This document shows positions 52,089 to 62,868 of a stretch of 64,000 nt of DNA, piece after piece; position 1 is the first letter of the stretch, and every line of letters begins with the position of its first letter. The stretch covers positions 1,980 through 65,979 of the forward strand of contig DASWDF010000035.1 of NCBI GenBank assembly GCA_036395475.1, read 5' to 3'. The DNA is from Casimicrobiaceae bacterium. Lineage in GTDB: Bacteria > Pseudomonadota > Gammaproteobacteria > Burkholderiales > Casimicrobiaceae. The position numbers were made by a program, and so were the translations under genes. A model generated the notes under the pieces. The model saw only the letters and a list, made by a program, of their open reading frames with translations. It was not told the DNA's origin and did no database searches.

Positions 52089-53899
52089 TCACTTCCGCCT
52101 GGCCTTGTCGATGTCGAGATACTTCCAGTAGCTCGAGAACACCATTGGCCGATACCCCAACAGCCAAGGTTGCGTGTAGCTGTTCTCGAGCCGGAAGTAC
52201 GCGGGCAATTCCGGCATGAACGTGCGAGCGATCTGGTTCATCGTGCGCGCAGCCGCGGTCTCTTCTTCGTCGTTCGCCGCGCGCAGGAATTCCGCCGCCG
52301 CACGGTCGTAATCGGCGTTGGCGAATTGCGTGACATTGACGCGCTGCGGCTGCACGCCGTGCAGTTGCGCGAAGATGTTGTAGCCGCTGGGCGAGCCGCC
52401 GAAGCCGCCTTGGTAGATCTGGAACTTGCCCTTCTCGAGATCCTTGATCACGTCCTGAAACGGCGCGACCGTGAACCCGGTACGTAGGCCGATCGCTTGC
52501 ATGTTCTTCTTCCATAGCGTCTGCGTTTCGCGCGAAATGCCGCCCGTTCGCAGCGTGAGCGTCAGCGCGAGCGGCGAGCCGTTCGGCGCCTTGCGGAAGC
52601 CCTCGGCGTCGCGCTTGTCGTAGCCGAAGCGGTCGAGGAGCGCGTTGGCCGTCTTCGGGTCGTACATCGACTTCACCGGCAGCGTCGGATCGTGACCCGT
52701 GACGCCCGGTGGGGTCATCTGGTTCGCGGGTGCCGCTTGGCCGGCGAGGACGACCTTGATCAACTCGTCGGTGTCCCACGCCATCGCGATCGCGCGGCGC
52801 AGCGCGACGCGCTCGTTCGTCATGCCGCCGATCGTCGCGTCCTTGGTGTTGAAGTAGACGGAGAACAGGAACGGCTCGTAGTGCACGTGGCGCGTGATGC
52901 CGCGCGCCGCGTATTCGGGCTTGACCTTTCCGTTGGTGAGCAGGCGCGTCGCTATTTCACCGCGCAGCTGCACATAGTCGAGGCCGCCCTGCTCGAACAG
53001 CAGAAGCCGTGTGATGTCCTCGTCGACGATGTTGACCTCGATCGTGCCGGCCATTGGCACGCGCTTGCCTTTCATGCTGCGTACGAGCTCCGCATTGGCC
53101 GGGTCGCTGCTCGCGGGAAAGTACGCCTCGCGGTACTTCGGATTCGCTTCGAGGACGAGCTTCGAGCCGCGCTTCCACTCCTTGAGGCGGTACGGACCGG
53201 TGCCGACCGGCCGCGTGCGGATGTCGCCCTTCGCGTCCTCGACCACCTCGCGCGCCACGGCGGCGACGAAGCCGAGGATGTCGCGCACGTTCGGGTAGTT
53301 CGCGTCCTTCATCCGGATCTGGAATGTGTAGCGGTCGAGCGCCTTGAGACCCTCGATCGGCGCGTCGAAGTCGAGCTTGCCCGTCTTCTTGGCGGCCTCG
53401 ACGACGGGACGCGCGCCGAGGATCAGGTCGGTGAGCACCGGCGAGCCCGCACGCCGTCCGTTCGGGTCGAGCCAGCGCTTGTAGGCGTAAACGTAGTCCT
53501 CGGCCGTGAGCTCGCGCGGCTTGCCCTTGAAGGTCGGATCGTCGTTGAACAGGATCCCGTGCTTCAGCTTGACGGTCCAGACCCTGCCGTCGTCGGTGAT
53601 CTCCGGCGGCGCCGCGGCGGTGAGCGGCGTGAGCTTCGGCGTCTTCGCGAGGTAGTCCCACTCGTACGCGGCCTCGAAGAGCGCCTGTATCACCTGGAAC
53701 GAAGGATCGTCGGTGTACTGCTGCGGGTCGAGCGTGTCGATCTCGAACTGCGCGATGCGAAGGACTTTGGCGGCGTCGGTGGCGTCGGCGGCGTGGGCGG
53801 TACCGAGGAGGAGAAACGCGATCGCCGCGCGGATCAGCACGCGTCCGATCGCTGGAAGACGAAGGGCTCGACGACAGTTGCGGGCGTTGAGGCTTCGCA
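52089..53899 (-). CDS. ABC transporter family-5 (peptide/nickel/opine-type) substrate-binding protein
   Basis: 603 aa from ATG 53899, with a signal peptide ...FLLLGTAHA. DTLDPQ-type N-terminal motif and typical length. Confidence 0.8.
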
Positions 53900-54399
53900 T
53901 GTGGGGTGCGCGGGCCGCGGGATTCCGAAATCTACTCCTTTCCGGACGGTTCGAGCGTCGAGCTGGAGCGCGTAGCGCAGCGGACGCGGCGTCGACACAA
54001 CGCCGATGCGTGGTCAGAGCGATGTATTGCGTGCGAACTGCGACGTCTTGGGCAACGTGCGCTTCAGAAAGCTCCGGACGAGAAAGCGCGCGGACACGTC
54101 GCTGAAGCCTGTGACGCAGATGATCGACGCTCGCATCCGCGCCGGCTTGACGCAGGAAACGACAACAATCACACGCAGCCTGCTGCGGCGTTGACAGCTC
54201 CACCCCTCGCGACGCGATGATGTCCGCAAACAAAAGCGTCGGGAGGCGTCACCGTTCCGGACGTATTCGGAGTTTTGCCGGACATCGTGTTGTCGCCGCG
54301 CGTTATCAGCGCGCCGAGTCGAGGTCTGCCGGTGTGGCCGCGCGGGCGGGCGGCAAGCGGGTAGCGGGTGGATAATCTGGTGCGCCCTCGCGCCACGGC

Positions 54400-55212
54400 A
54401 TGACCTCGCCACCTGCTCTCCCTGACGTTGAATCGGATTTGCCCGCGCAAAAGCGGCGCCGCCTGGCCGACGTCGTCGGTTTTGCGCATCGCGAGCGCCA
54501 GATCGAGGCGGTCGTCCGACGGATCGCGCCGCACGACGACTATGCGTACGCCGGCTACATGTATCCGCTGGTGTTGCGAAACCTCGCCGCGCCGGTGGTC
54601 GTCATCTTCGGCGTCGCGCACAAGGCGCGTCTGCTCGGCCTCGAGGACCAGTTGATCTTCGACAGCTTCACGCACTGGCAGGGGGCGTATGGCGACATCG
54701 CCGTTTCCCCGCTGCGCGAGAAGATCATGCGCCGGTTGCCCGAAGGCAGCTACCGCGTGAGCGACGAAATGCACAGCCTCGAGCACTCGGTGGAAGCGAA
54801 GCTTCCGTTCCTGCAGCACGCGACCCGTGGTGTGCAGTTCGTGCCGATCCTTGTCCCGTCCATGTCGTTTGCGCGAATGAGCGAGGTCGCGCCGCCGCTC
54901 GCGCACGCGATCGCACAGGTAATGGACGAAGAACGGCTGGAGTGGGGTACCGATATCGCGCTCGTCTCGTCGACCGACGCCGTTCATTACGGCGATGAGG
55001 ATTGGGGCGGCAGAAACTTCGCGCGCTATGGCGCTGACGCGGAAGGACGCGCGAAGGCGCTCGCCCACGAGCAGCAAATCCTGGACGATTGCTTCGACGG
55101 CGATCGGATGGGGCCACCGATCGAATGGGGCGAGCGATACGTTTCCGAAAACTGGTTAGCAACGTTGCTAACTGGATTTCGCGAAGGGTACTTCATTGCG
55201 GAGTCACCGTGA
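54400..55212 (+). CDS. Memo-like / AmmeMemoRadiSam-system-protein-B family protein, C-terminus replaced by repeat-element sequence from about 55101
   Basis: HDDYAYAG, the conserved EHSVEAKLPFLQ motif, and VSSTDAVHYGDEDWGG. The last about 35 codons are read out of repeat copy A. Confidence 0.6.
   Translation: MTSPPALPDVESDLPAQKRRRLADVVGFAHRERQIEAVVRRIAPHDDYAYAGYMYPLVLRNLAAPVVVIFGVAHKARLLGLEDQLIFDSFTHWQGAYGDIAVSPLREKIMRRLPEGSYRVSDEMHSLEHSVEAKLPFLQHATRGVQFVPILVPSMSFARMSEVAPPLAHAIAQVMDEERLEWGTDIALVSSTDAVHYGDEDWGGRNFARYGADAEGRAKALAHEQQILDDCFDGDRMGPPIEWGERYVSENWLATLLTGFREGYFIAESP
55101..55181. repeat. palindrome-cored repeat element, copy A
   Basis: CGATCGGATGGGG ... GTTTCCGAAAACTG-GTTAGCAACGTTGCTAAC-TGGATTTCG. 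The core at 55155-55172 is an 18-bp perfect palindrome. Confidence 0.7.
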
Positions 55213-55594
55213 TGCCTCGCGAGCGAACTGCTATCGCTGGCGCCGCGTGCGCTCGACAAGGCCCACGTCGAGAAAGCGCAATGCCGACACGTCGCTCGAT
55301 CGCCTGCTGAGGCAGATCATCGGATCTGTTGTGGAAACAACGCAGTCAATCGGACCCGCGGCATAACGTCGCAATTCGCGGTGCGCCCTCTCGATTCTAT
55401 ATCTCCGCTGCAATTGATAGCCGTCAACACGCGATCCGTGTATCGAGCGTCGAATATTCATTGAAAGACCGGCGCTGTATCACCTCCGCAGCGTTGGTCG
55501 GTACAGCAGCGCACTGTCTCTTCAGGTCAAACGGCGGGAAAGCCGACTGAAGCAGATTCAATCAGGGCGTCCTCCTCAACTCAAGAGGTAAACC

Positions 55595-56980
55595 ATGAAC
55601 ACCGCAGACTGGACACGGCGCAGGATGTTGCGCGCGGGCATTGCTGCGCTTGGCGCGGCGACAGTAGCAAAGGTCTCCCTCTCCGAGGCTCTTGCGGAGA
55701 GTGGACACTGGTATGGCGATGAATCGTATCCGTTGCCGGTTCCGGAGCAGACCCCGGCCAACCTGCCGCTCCTCACGTGCGCACCAGCTTTGGTGAATAT
55801 GGGAGACGGCAAGCCGCGTCGCGTCCTCGCCTACAACGGCCAGTTCCCCGGGCCCACCTGGGTTGCGAGAACGGGAGACATGGTAACGACCAGGCTGCAG
55901 AACGGGCTCGATGACCCGACCATTACGCACTGGCACGGGCTGGTCGTGGATTTTGCGAATGACGGCGGACCGCTCCTCGAAATCGAGCCTGGAACGAGCT
56001 ACGACTATAGCTTCCCGATCGTTCAGCGTGCAGGGCTGAACTTCTATCACCCGCATCCGCACATGCTCACCGGAGAACAGGTCTGCCTGGGACTGGCTGG
56101 AGCGTTCATCATTCGAGACGACGAGGAAGACGCGCTCGGCCTGCCCTCCGGCCCCTACGAGGTTCCGCTCGTCATCCGCGATGCCAGTTTCGACAATCAA
56201 GGCAACCTGCTCTACAACCCGACCAGCTCCGGATTCAAAGGCAAGTTTCCGCTCGTGAACGGTACGCTGAACCCGATGCTCAATGTCGATCGCGGCGTGT
56301 ATCGCTTGCGCGTGCTCAATGGGGCCAACGCCCGCATGTTCCGCCTCGCCCTGAGCAACGGGGCTCCCCTCACGATCATCGGCAACGACGGCGGATTGCT
56401 TCCTGCGCCGGTAATGGTCACCGAAATATTGCTGGGCATGGCGGAACGGCTGGACCTGTTGGTCGACTTCCGGACGCTCGGCGCGGGCCAGAGCATTACG
56501 CTGCGGTGCCTCGATGCCCGATGGGATCTCGTGAAGTTCGTGGGTGCAGGTCAGCTCGGCGTCACTTATTCGCCGCCCCCGGTCCTTTCGACCATCCTTC
56601 CGCTTAGCGGACCGTCCCAGCCGACCCGGAGCTTTACATTCGACGGAATGAGCCGCATCAACGGCCTGGAATACGACCCGAATCGTCTCGACTTCAGGGT
56701 GCCGCTGGGGGTCACGGAGCGCTGGCGTTTCAAGACCGGAGGCAACGCGCCGCACCCGGTCCATGTTCACGGCGCGCACTTCCAGGTCGTCTCACGAACG
56801 GGTGGCCGTGGGAGGCTTTACGGGTGGGAGGGCGGCTGGAAAGACACTGTGCTGCTCAACGACAGGGAGACGGTGGACGTGCTCATTCGGTTCAACGCCT
56901 ACCGCGACCCGTACGTCATCCACTGTCACCAGCTCGAGCACGAAAGCATGGGAATGATGGCCAACTTTGACGTGTACTGA
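55595..56980 (+). CDS. Tat-exported multicopper oxidase
   Basis: Twin-arginine WTRRRMLRAG. Copper ligand motifs HWHG, HPHPH, HPVHVHG and HCHQLEHESMGMM. Confidence 0.9.
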   Translation: MNTADWTRRRMLRAGIAALGAATVAKVSLSEALAESGHWYGDESYPLPVPEQTPANLPLLTCAPALVNMGDGKPRRVLAYNGQFPGPTWVARTGDMVTTRLQNGLDDPTITHWHGLVVDFANDGGPLLEIEPGTSYDYSFPIVQRAGLNFYHPHPHMLTGEQVCLGLAGAFIIRDDEEDALGLPSGPYEVPLVIRDASFDNQGNLLYNPTSSGFKGKFPLVNGTLNPMLNVDRGVYRLRVLNGANARMFRLALSNGAPLTIIGNDGGLLPAPVMVTEILLGMAERLDLLVDFRTLGAGQSITLRCLDARWDLVKFVGAGQLGVTYSPPPVLSTILPLSGPSQPTRSFTFDGMSRINGLEYDPNRLDFRVPLGVTERWRFKTGGNAPHPVHVHGAHFQVVSRTGGRGRLYGWEGGWKDTVLLNDRETVDVLIRFNAYRDPYVIHCHQLEHESMGMMANFDVY

Positions 56981-57295
56981 GCTCCTTGGAGGCGCGGGCT
57001 GGGATGCGCCACGTCGCTGGACGCTAAGCGCATCGACGTCGACGATCTAGATTCGCGCGACGGGCTGCCCTAATGCGGACAGCCGCGTCTCGAGGCAACC
57101 GGGCGCCGCAACTTTCATCGCGGGACTCCTACGAACACTGCGCGGCTCAGCCAGGCGCTGTCAAGAACCGAGGTCTGCGCGCACCACCGAATCCTCGGGT
57201 TCGCGTGATCGAAATGCGTATCCGTTACCCAGCGGGCAGGTCTACAATTTCTGCCCTGCGAGTGGCGCGGGGACACGGGAAGGAGGATTGTGGCC

Positions 57296-57622
57296 ATGGC
57301 TTTCTATTTGACGCGCTTCAGCTATACGCCCGAAACCTGGGCTCGATTGATGAAGAACCCCGAAGACCGCCGCGACGCTGCACGCAAGTACATCGAGTCA
57401 GTCGGCGGGAAGCTGCACGGCTTCTGGTACGCGTTCGGCGCGTACGACGGCTATACCCTCTGGGAAGCGCCTGACAACGTCTCGATGGCCGCAGTCGCGA
57501 TCGCGATCGGCGGCGGTGGCGCCTTGTCGAAGTTCGAGACGACGCCGCTGCTCACAGTCGAGGAGACCTTGGAGGCCCTTCGCCGTACGCCGGCAGTCGG
57601 CTATCGGTCGCCCGGAGCGTAG
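57296..57622 (+). CDS. GYD-domain protein
   Basis: GGAGGA RBS. MAFYLTRFSYTPETW ... FGAYDGYTLWEAPDN pattern of the GYD family. Confidence 0.75.
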   Translation: MAFYLTRFSYTPETWARLMKNPEDRRDAARKYIESVGGKLHGFWYAFGAYDGYTLWEAPDNVSMAAVAIAIGGGGALSKFETTPLLTVEETLEALRRTPAVGYRSPGA

Positions 57623-57655
57623 TCAGTCAGGGACTTTGATCGGGGACCGCAGAGG

Positions 57656-59320
57656 TTAGAGCGGTGAATGCAAGTGGCTCGACAGTTGTGCGAGCGTCTC
57701 GGGGCTGATCGGTTTGACGAGATGCCCGTCGAACCCGGCAGCCGTGGACTTGTGCCGGTCCTCGTCCTGGCCCCAGCCGGTCACCGCAATTAGGGTCATA
57801 TCCGCACCCCAATCGTGATTCCGGATTCGACGGCACGCTTCGTAGCCGTTGACCTGAGGCATGCCGATGTCGAGGAGCACCATATGTGGACGGAACTCGT
57901 CGGCCAGCTGTACCGCCTTCTCTCCATCGTAGGCAACGCGCACCTCGTGTCCCATCAGTTCCAAGAGCATCGACAGGCTCGACGCCGCGTCCCGGTTGTC
58001 ATCCACCACCAGGATCTTCAGCTTTGGGCGGCCCTGAGCGGCGCTGCCCGGAGTCGGCGCGGTCGCCGGCCGCGTCAACCGGGTCGGCAGCCGTACCCGA
58101 AACTCGCTACCGCAGCCTGGTCCTTCGCTGAGGACCTCGATCGTGCCGCCATGTAACGCGACCAGACCCTTGACGAGCGACAGGCCGATGCCCAGGCCTG
58201 CTTGGGAGTACGACGCGGGGCTTTCGATTTGGGTGAACATCTCAAAGATCAAGCCCAAGCTTTCGGCGGGAATGCCGATGCCGTTGTCGGCGACCGACAC
58301 CTCCACCTCGTTGACATGATGCTCCGCCTTCAACGCGATCCGTCCGCCGGGCGGCGTGTACTTGGCTGCGTTGTCGAGCAGGTTCGAAAGGATCTGCGCA
58401 AGGCGAACCGGGTCCGCATTGAGCAGCGCGGGCTCGGATGGCACGGATACCGTCAATTCGTGTCCCATCTCCTCGATCAGCGGACGGCTCGCTTCCACTG
58501 CCGCCTGCACCGTGTGTCGCAGGTCGATCCGTTCGACGTGCAGTGCGATCTTGCCCCGGGAGATCCGGCTGACATCGAGCAAATCGTCAAGCAGGCGCGT
58601 CATGTGCTGCAGCTGGCGCTCCATCATCGGCAGCACGGTGTCCGACTGTGACTCGGCACCTTTCATTCGCAGGATCTGGACCCCGATCCGGATCGGTGCC
58701 AGCGGATTGCGTAGTTCGTGGGCGAGGCTGGCGAGGAACTCGTCCTTGCGGCGATCCGCCTCGCTCAGCCGCTTCACCCGTGTCCCGATGAACACGAACC
58801 ACGGAAACGTTATTGCCATCACGATGAGCTGGAGCGTGTCCAGGCGCAGCATTTCGGTGTCGTGGTTGTCGGCATAGCGGCGCCAGGTCACTAATGCGAA
58901 GCAAGCCAACGATACGGAGCCCAGAACGGTGAGCTGCGTGCCACTGGAGCGCAGCATGCCGAACATCAGCGCGACGAAAAAGAAAGCGGCGAAGACGAGT
59001 CGGGTGTCCGGGGCGCGGTAGACCACGAAAAGCATCGTGAACACGGCGGCAAGAACCTGAACTGCGGTCAAGCTGGGATCCGGAAATCGAAGATTGAGTC
59101 CGAGCCGGAAAAGGATCGAAAAAGCGGCAATGGCCGCCGCGACGATGGCGGAAGCCTCGAAAAGCGTCTCGCGGTCAACCTTGTCTTGCGTGTGAAAGAT
59201 GACCAGCACAACGAGGTACAGCACCGAGAAAGCGCTGGCGAGCAGGAACCTGTGGAACCGCAGGCGCTGGTTGGCCGCGTCACGTCTCAGCGACGGAATC
59301 TCGGGAATCGGACGGTGCAT
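57656..59320 (-). CDS. hybrid sensor histidine kinase/response regulator with an N-terminal multi-TM sensor
   Basis: Five or six TM helices. H-box AHELRNPLAPI; G-boxes DNGIGI and GLGIGLS. REC domain ILVVDDNRD ... LLDIGMP ... LVKP. Confidence 0.85.
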   Translation of the reverse strand: MHRPIPEIPSLRRDAANQRLRFHRFLLASAFSVLYLVVLVIFHTQDKVDRETLFEASAIVAAAIAAFSILFRLGLNLRFPDPSLTAVQVLAAVFTMLFVVYRAPDTRLVFAAFFFVALMFGMLRSSGTQLTVLGSVSLACFALVTWRRYADNHDTEMLRLDTLQLIVMAITFPWFVFIGTRVKRLSEADRRKDEFLASLAHELRNPLAPIRIGVQILRMKGAESQSDTVLPMMERQLQHMTRLLDDLLDVSRISRGKIALHVERIDLRHTVQAAVEASRPLIEEMGHELTVSVPSEPALLNADPVRLAQILSNLLDNAAKYTPPGGRIALKAEHHVNEVEVSVADNGIGIPAESLGLIFEMFTQIESPASYSQAGLGIGLSLVKGLVALHGGTIEVLSEGPGCGSEFRVRLPTRLTRPATAPTPGSAAQGRPKLKILVVDDNRDAASSLSMLLELMGHEVRVAYDGEKAVQLADEFRPHMVLLDIGMPQVNGYEACRRIRNHDWGADMTLIAVTGWGQDEDRHKSTAAGFDGHLVKPISPETLAQLSSHLHSPL

Positions 59321-59872
59321 CGGAATCGCGTGAGCTGGCGGGGAACGGAGAGTGTGCTCCTGCTGGGCACATTTGACATATGTCCCGAATGTTGTACGTG
59401 TAATCAATCGACCGATGCCTAGCTCATGTCGACGCCCGGTGCACGAGGACAACGAGAAGACTCTTGCCGCGCCGAAGACGCGCATCGCCAAGACCATTCG
59501 AAGAAGGCGGCGAGAGCGCGTGTATCAACGTCGAAATGGCAATCGCGTTCCAATGAAATTCCGTCTCGGAGGCGATTGATCGCACGGAATAGCCCGTTGG
59601 CTGTCGGCCACCGCGGAGTGACGAACGTAATGCTCCCTGCCTATGCCCGTCGAGAAATCTGTCCCGAGGGGGAAGAATCAGAGGTCGCGATACGGCAGAA
59701 CCGTTCGCTTCGCTGATTTCAGCGTCAACGCGGGCGGTTCGAACACAGAAATGCGGACGCCAATTTCACAGCCCTTGTCCACACTTCGTCAGGTTGGATC
59801 CGCAGTCCGTGTATCATGTCTCGACACGGCACGGAGAGGGGTCGATGCCGGAAATCTAAGGGAGAAAATCAA

Positions 59873-60385
59873 ATGATCGGACTCAAGAAAGCAGTGAGCT
59901 GCTTTGCAGGGGTCCTCCTGCTGGCAGGCTATACTGGGGCGGCAACTGCCGCGAAAGCGTCAACAGACGAAGCAGCCATCCACGCAATCACTCAAGCCTG
60001 GATGAAAGCCTATAACGCAGGGGACGCCAAGGCAGTTTCCGGCCTCTATGCGGAACAAGCCGTGCTTCTCCCGCCGGGCGCCCCGGCTGCGAACGGCAAA
60101 GCGGCGATTCAGGCGTATTTCGCCAAGGACACTGCCGAATCGGCAAAGGCCGGCGTCACGTTCAGCATCGACGCCAAGTCCGACGTCGGCACTTCCGGTG
60201 ACCTTGCCTGGGAGTCGGGAACCTATGCCGTCAAGGCCAAATCGGGTGCTTCGGTCGAAATCGGCAAGTACCTTACGGTCTACAAGAAGAGCGGCGGGAA
60301 GTGGCTCATCATCCGCGACACGTGGAACTCCGATGCGCCACCGGCGCCAGCCTCCGCGGCGCCAGCAACACCAGCGAAAAAGTAG
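59873..60385 (+). CDS. secreted SnoaL-like / DUF4440-type protein with a Pro/Ala-rich tail
   Basis: AAGGGAGA RBS, then a signal peptide. ITQAWMKAYNAGDAKAVSGLYAEQAVLLPP ... GGKWLIIRDTWNS. Confidence 0.65.
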   Translation: MIGLKKAVSCFAGVLLLAGYTGAATAAKASTDEAAIHAITQAWMKAYNAGDAKAVSGLYAEQAVLLPPGAPAANGKAAIQAYFAKDTAESAKAGVTFSIDAKSDVGTSGDLAWESGTYAVKAKSGASVEIGKYLTVYKKSGGKWLIIRDTWNSDAPPAPASAAPATPAKK

Positions 60386-60485
60386 CGCAGGCCGTGCCGG
60401 CGTAAACGAGGAATCCAAGAGCCAACTGAGCTTTGAGTTACTTGGTAATCCGGCGTCGCTGGGGGCGGTACACGTCTCGAGCGTT

Positions 60486-60549
60486 CGATCGGATGGGGTA
60501 AGGGATGTGTTTCCGAAAGCTGGTTAGCAACATTGTTAACTCGATTTCG
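60486..60549. repeat. palindrome-cored repeat element, copy B
   Basis: CGATCGGATGGGG ... GTTTCCGAAAGCTG-GTTAGCAACATTGTTAAC-TCGATTTCG. 37/41 identity to the copy A core region, same orientation. Confidence 0.7.
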
Positions 60550-60556
60550 ACGGTCG

Positions 60557-61760
60557 CGATTCCGAAGAACACATACGCAAAGCACAGAAACTGCGGGCAT
60601 GCGCGAAGCCGACGTTGAGCTCGGCGCGTGGCGCGCGCGAACGCTGCCACGGCTTCCTCGAACCGACCGAGGGCGACCAGCACGAACCCTTGCTGCATGA
60701 GGGCGGGCGTCGTCCGCGCTTCGGTCACGCCCGCGTCGAGCATCTTGCGAAGGCAGACCTTCGCATGCTCCCAGGCATCCTCGGCTGCGCCGATCTGCAG
60801 CGCGTGGCGCGAGCTGTAGTAGTGGGAACTTCCAGTAGTCGGGCGGATGGGCCGGGTTCAGCAGAGGATGCGCCGCGTCCAGGCTCGCACGCCCTGCGGC
60901 GGCGTTGCCTTCACCGAGCGCAATCGAGGCGCGAATGAGATGCGCACGCGCGAGCAGCGCACGAAAGTTGTTCGAGTGTGCCAGGCGTTCGAGTGCATCG
61001 AGCTCCGAGTGCAGTCGCGACGCCCAAGTCGGGTCGTAACAAAGCGCGTCGACCAGCAGCCAGTGCCACAGCGCTCGACTGTACGGGCCGACTTGCGACG
61101 ACGCGGCCACGGCAGCGCCGGCCTGGAAGAAGTCCTCGCTTCGCACGCGATCGAGCGTGAGCCCCAGCATCGGCAGCGCCGCCGTGGCGACGCGAAGCGC
61201 GATCCCGGGATCGATGTCCGTGCCCAGCGTGGCAAAGGCCCACTCGATGTCGTCAGTTACGCCTTCGACGCTCTCACGCCGCTCGGAGGTCAGCATCAGG
61301 CGCGCAGCCAGGCCGAACAACGCGAGCGGCGCTCGTTGTGCTCGCGGCTCATCCGCTCCACGCGCTTCGCGCGCTCTTCGAATCCGGCATACGACTGCGT
61401 GTCGAAGAGCGTGCACTGGATCATCCGCAGGCCGCCATATCGAAGCCCGAAGCGTCGCCTTCGTCGGTGAAGCGCGCCTCCGCCGCCAGCCATTCGGCGC
61501 GGGCGAGCGCCAGGTCTTCGAACTGAAGCGCGTAGCCGCGCCAGAACTGGGACCGGGCGGTTGGCCACCCGGTGCCGCTCGCTTCGGACTGCGCCGCGCG
61601 CAGCCCGCGCAAACCGTGACGCTGCAGCAGGCGCTCGCCCTCCGCGCAGTCGGCGAGCGCGGTGCGGTGCGCCGTGTCGCGTGTCACGGCCGCAGGTGCA
61701 AGGCGCAAGTCGGATCGTCTTGCCGTCATGGCGCGGCTCTTTCGAGACGCGACCATCATA
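60557..61760 (-). pseudogene. helical/TPR-like repeat region of a large STAND-type (MalT/LuxR/AfsR-like) regulator; both ends missing, at least 3 frameshifts
   Basis: Helical-repeat text continues across three frames. Examples are ...FWRGYALQFEDLALARAEWLAAEARF..., ...ALWHWLLVDALCYDPTWASRLH..., and ...ALMQQGFVLVALGRFEEAVAAFARA. There is no NTPase or HTH domain. The 3' end abuts repeat copy B. Confidence 0.4.
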
Positions 61761-61948
61761 GCGGAGTATCACGCCCTGGAACGCGCGCGATCGGCAATCC
61801 GTTCCCAATCCGTTACCACGCTGCGTTTGGTGGCGCGGAACCCGCCTTGCGAGGTGCGATCGAACTTGTTTCCGCGCTTCCGGAGGTATGGCATGCCGGG
61901 CAAGAAAAGCCCACCCGGGTTGATCGCCGACTTTGAAGGAGTCCGAAT

Positions 61949-62296
61949 ATGAAGAAGTTTCTTGTTACATATCTCGCGCCAGCCTCAGTCATTGACGACT
62001 GGAAGAAGACCGAGCCCGAGAAGAGAAAGGCGGACGAAGAGAAGATGCAGAGCGAATGGAAAAAGTGGATGAGCGATCACATGAAGATGTTCGTTGACAA
62101 GGGAGCCGGCGTCGGCAAGACCAAATCCGTCACCGCGCGAGGCACGTCTGACACAAAGAACGACATCATGTTGTATGCGATCGTGGAGGCGGACTCGCAC
62201 GAAACAGCCGCGAAGACATTCGAAGGCCATCCGCACTTGCAGATCCCGCAAGCCTCAATAGAGGTCATGGAGATTCACTCGTTGCCTGGGATGTAA
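61949..62296 (+). CDS. conserved hypothetical small protein (lower G+C)
   Basis: GAAGGAG RBS before ATG 61949. 115 aa: MKKFLVTYLAPASVIDDWKKT ... HPHLQIPQASIEVMEI. I recall similar small proteins but no named family. Confidence 0.55.
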   Translation: MKKFLVTYLAPASVIDDWKKTEPEKRKADEEKMQSEWKKWMSDHMKMFVDKGAGVGKTKSVTARGTSDTKNDIMLYAIVEADSHETAAKTFEGHPHLQIPQASIEVMEIHSLPGM

Positions 62297-62338
62297 AGCC
62301 GCCGTACTGCTGCAAACGAACGTCGAGCAGCCGAACCG

Positions 62339-62803
62339 TCACGACGGCGGAACGTAACCGTCTTTGCCGACGTTGGCGACCGTCGCATTGGTCATCGCGC
62401 TGCGCGTGGGGCTGCTGCCGGAGATGCTCGACACCGTCGCGTTGGTCATGGTGTTGTTTCCCGCCGTGGGGCGGTGACCGGAGTTGCCTCGCATCGCTTC
62501 GGGGAAGATGTGAACCTCGCTCGCCACGAGCGTGCCGTCGGCGCGCGGCGCTGCCGTCGTGCCGATGAAGCTGCCCGCCTGCACATGGGCAAAATCGCTC
62601 GCGCCGCGAGCGCTGATGCGAACATGGTCGGAAAGCTTCACGCGCACGTTCTCGCCGGACGCCGTTTTCAGGTCGAGCACGCCGGCGTCAGAGCGCACGA
62701 TCGCACCGGCAATCCTGCTGCGCGGAGCGTCCTGCGCGGTAGCGCTTGCGAACGCGAGGAAGGCGAGGAAAAGGCCAGCCCAAGCGCGGCGCGACGAAAG
62801 CAT
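62339..62803 (-). CDS. hypothetical secreted protein
   Basis: Signal peptide MLSSRRAWAGLFLAFLAFASATA. The C-terminus carries a short MTNATV repeat. Confidence 0.5.
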   Translation of the reverse strand: MLSSRRAWAGLFLAFLAFASATAQDAPRSRIAGAIVRSDAGVLDLKTASGENVRVKLSDHVRISARGASDFAHVQAGSFIGTTAAPRADGTLVASEVHIFPEAMRGNSGHRPTAGNNTMTNATVSSISGSSPTRSAMTNATVANVGKDGYVPPS

Positions 62804-62868
62804 TTCAATTCTCCGGTCGTTCGACTAAGCGCGTTGCTCGCGCGCGCGGACGACGTCATCAGGTGACG

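Noticed and set aside
55155-55172. GTTAGCAACGTTGCTAAC palindrome as a LexA/SOS box.
   Set aside because: It does not match the LexA motifs I know (CTGT-N8-ACAG, GAAC-N4-GTTC, GTTC-N7-GTTC, or the TTAG...TACTA type). No SOS genes are adjacent, and the copies sit inside or at the ends of coding remnants.
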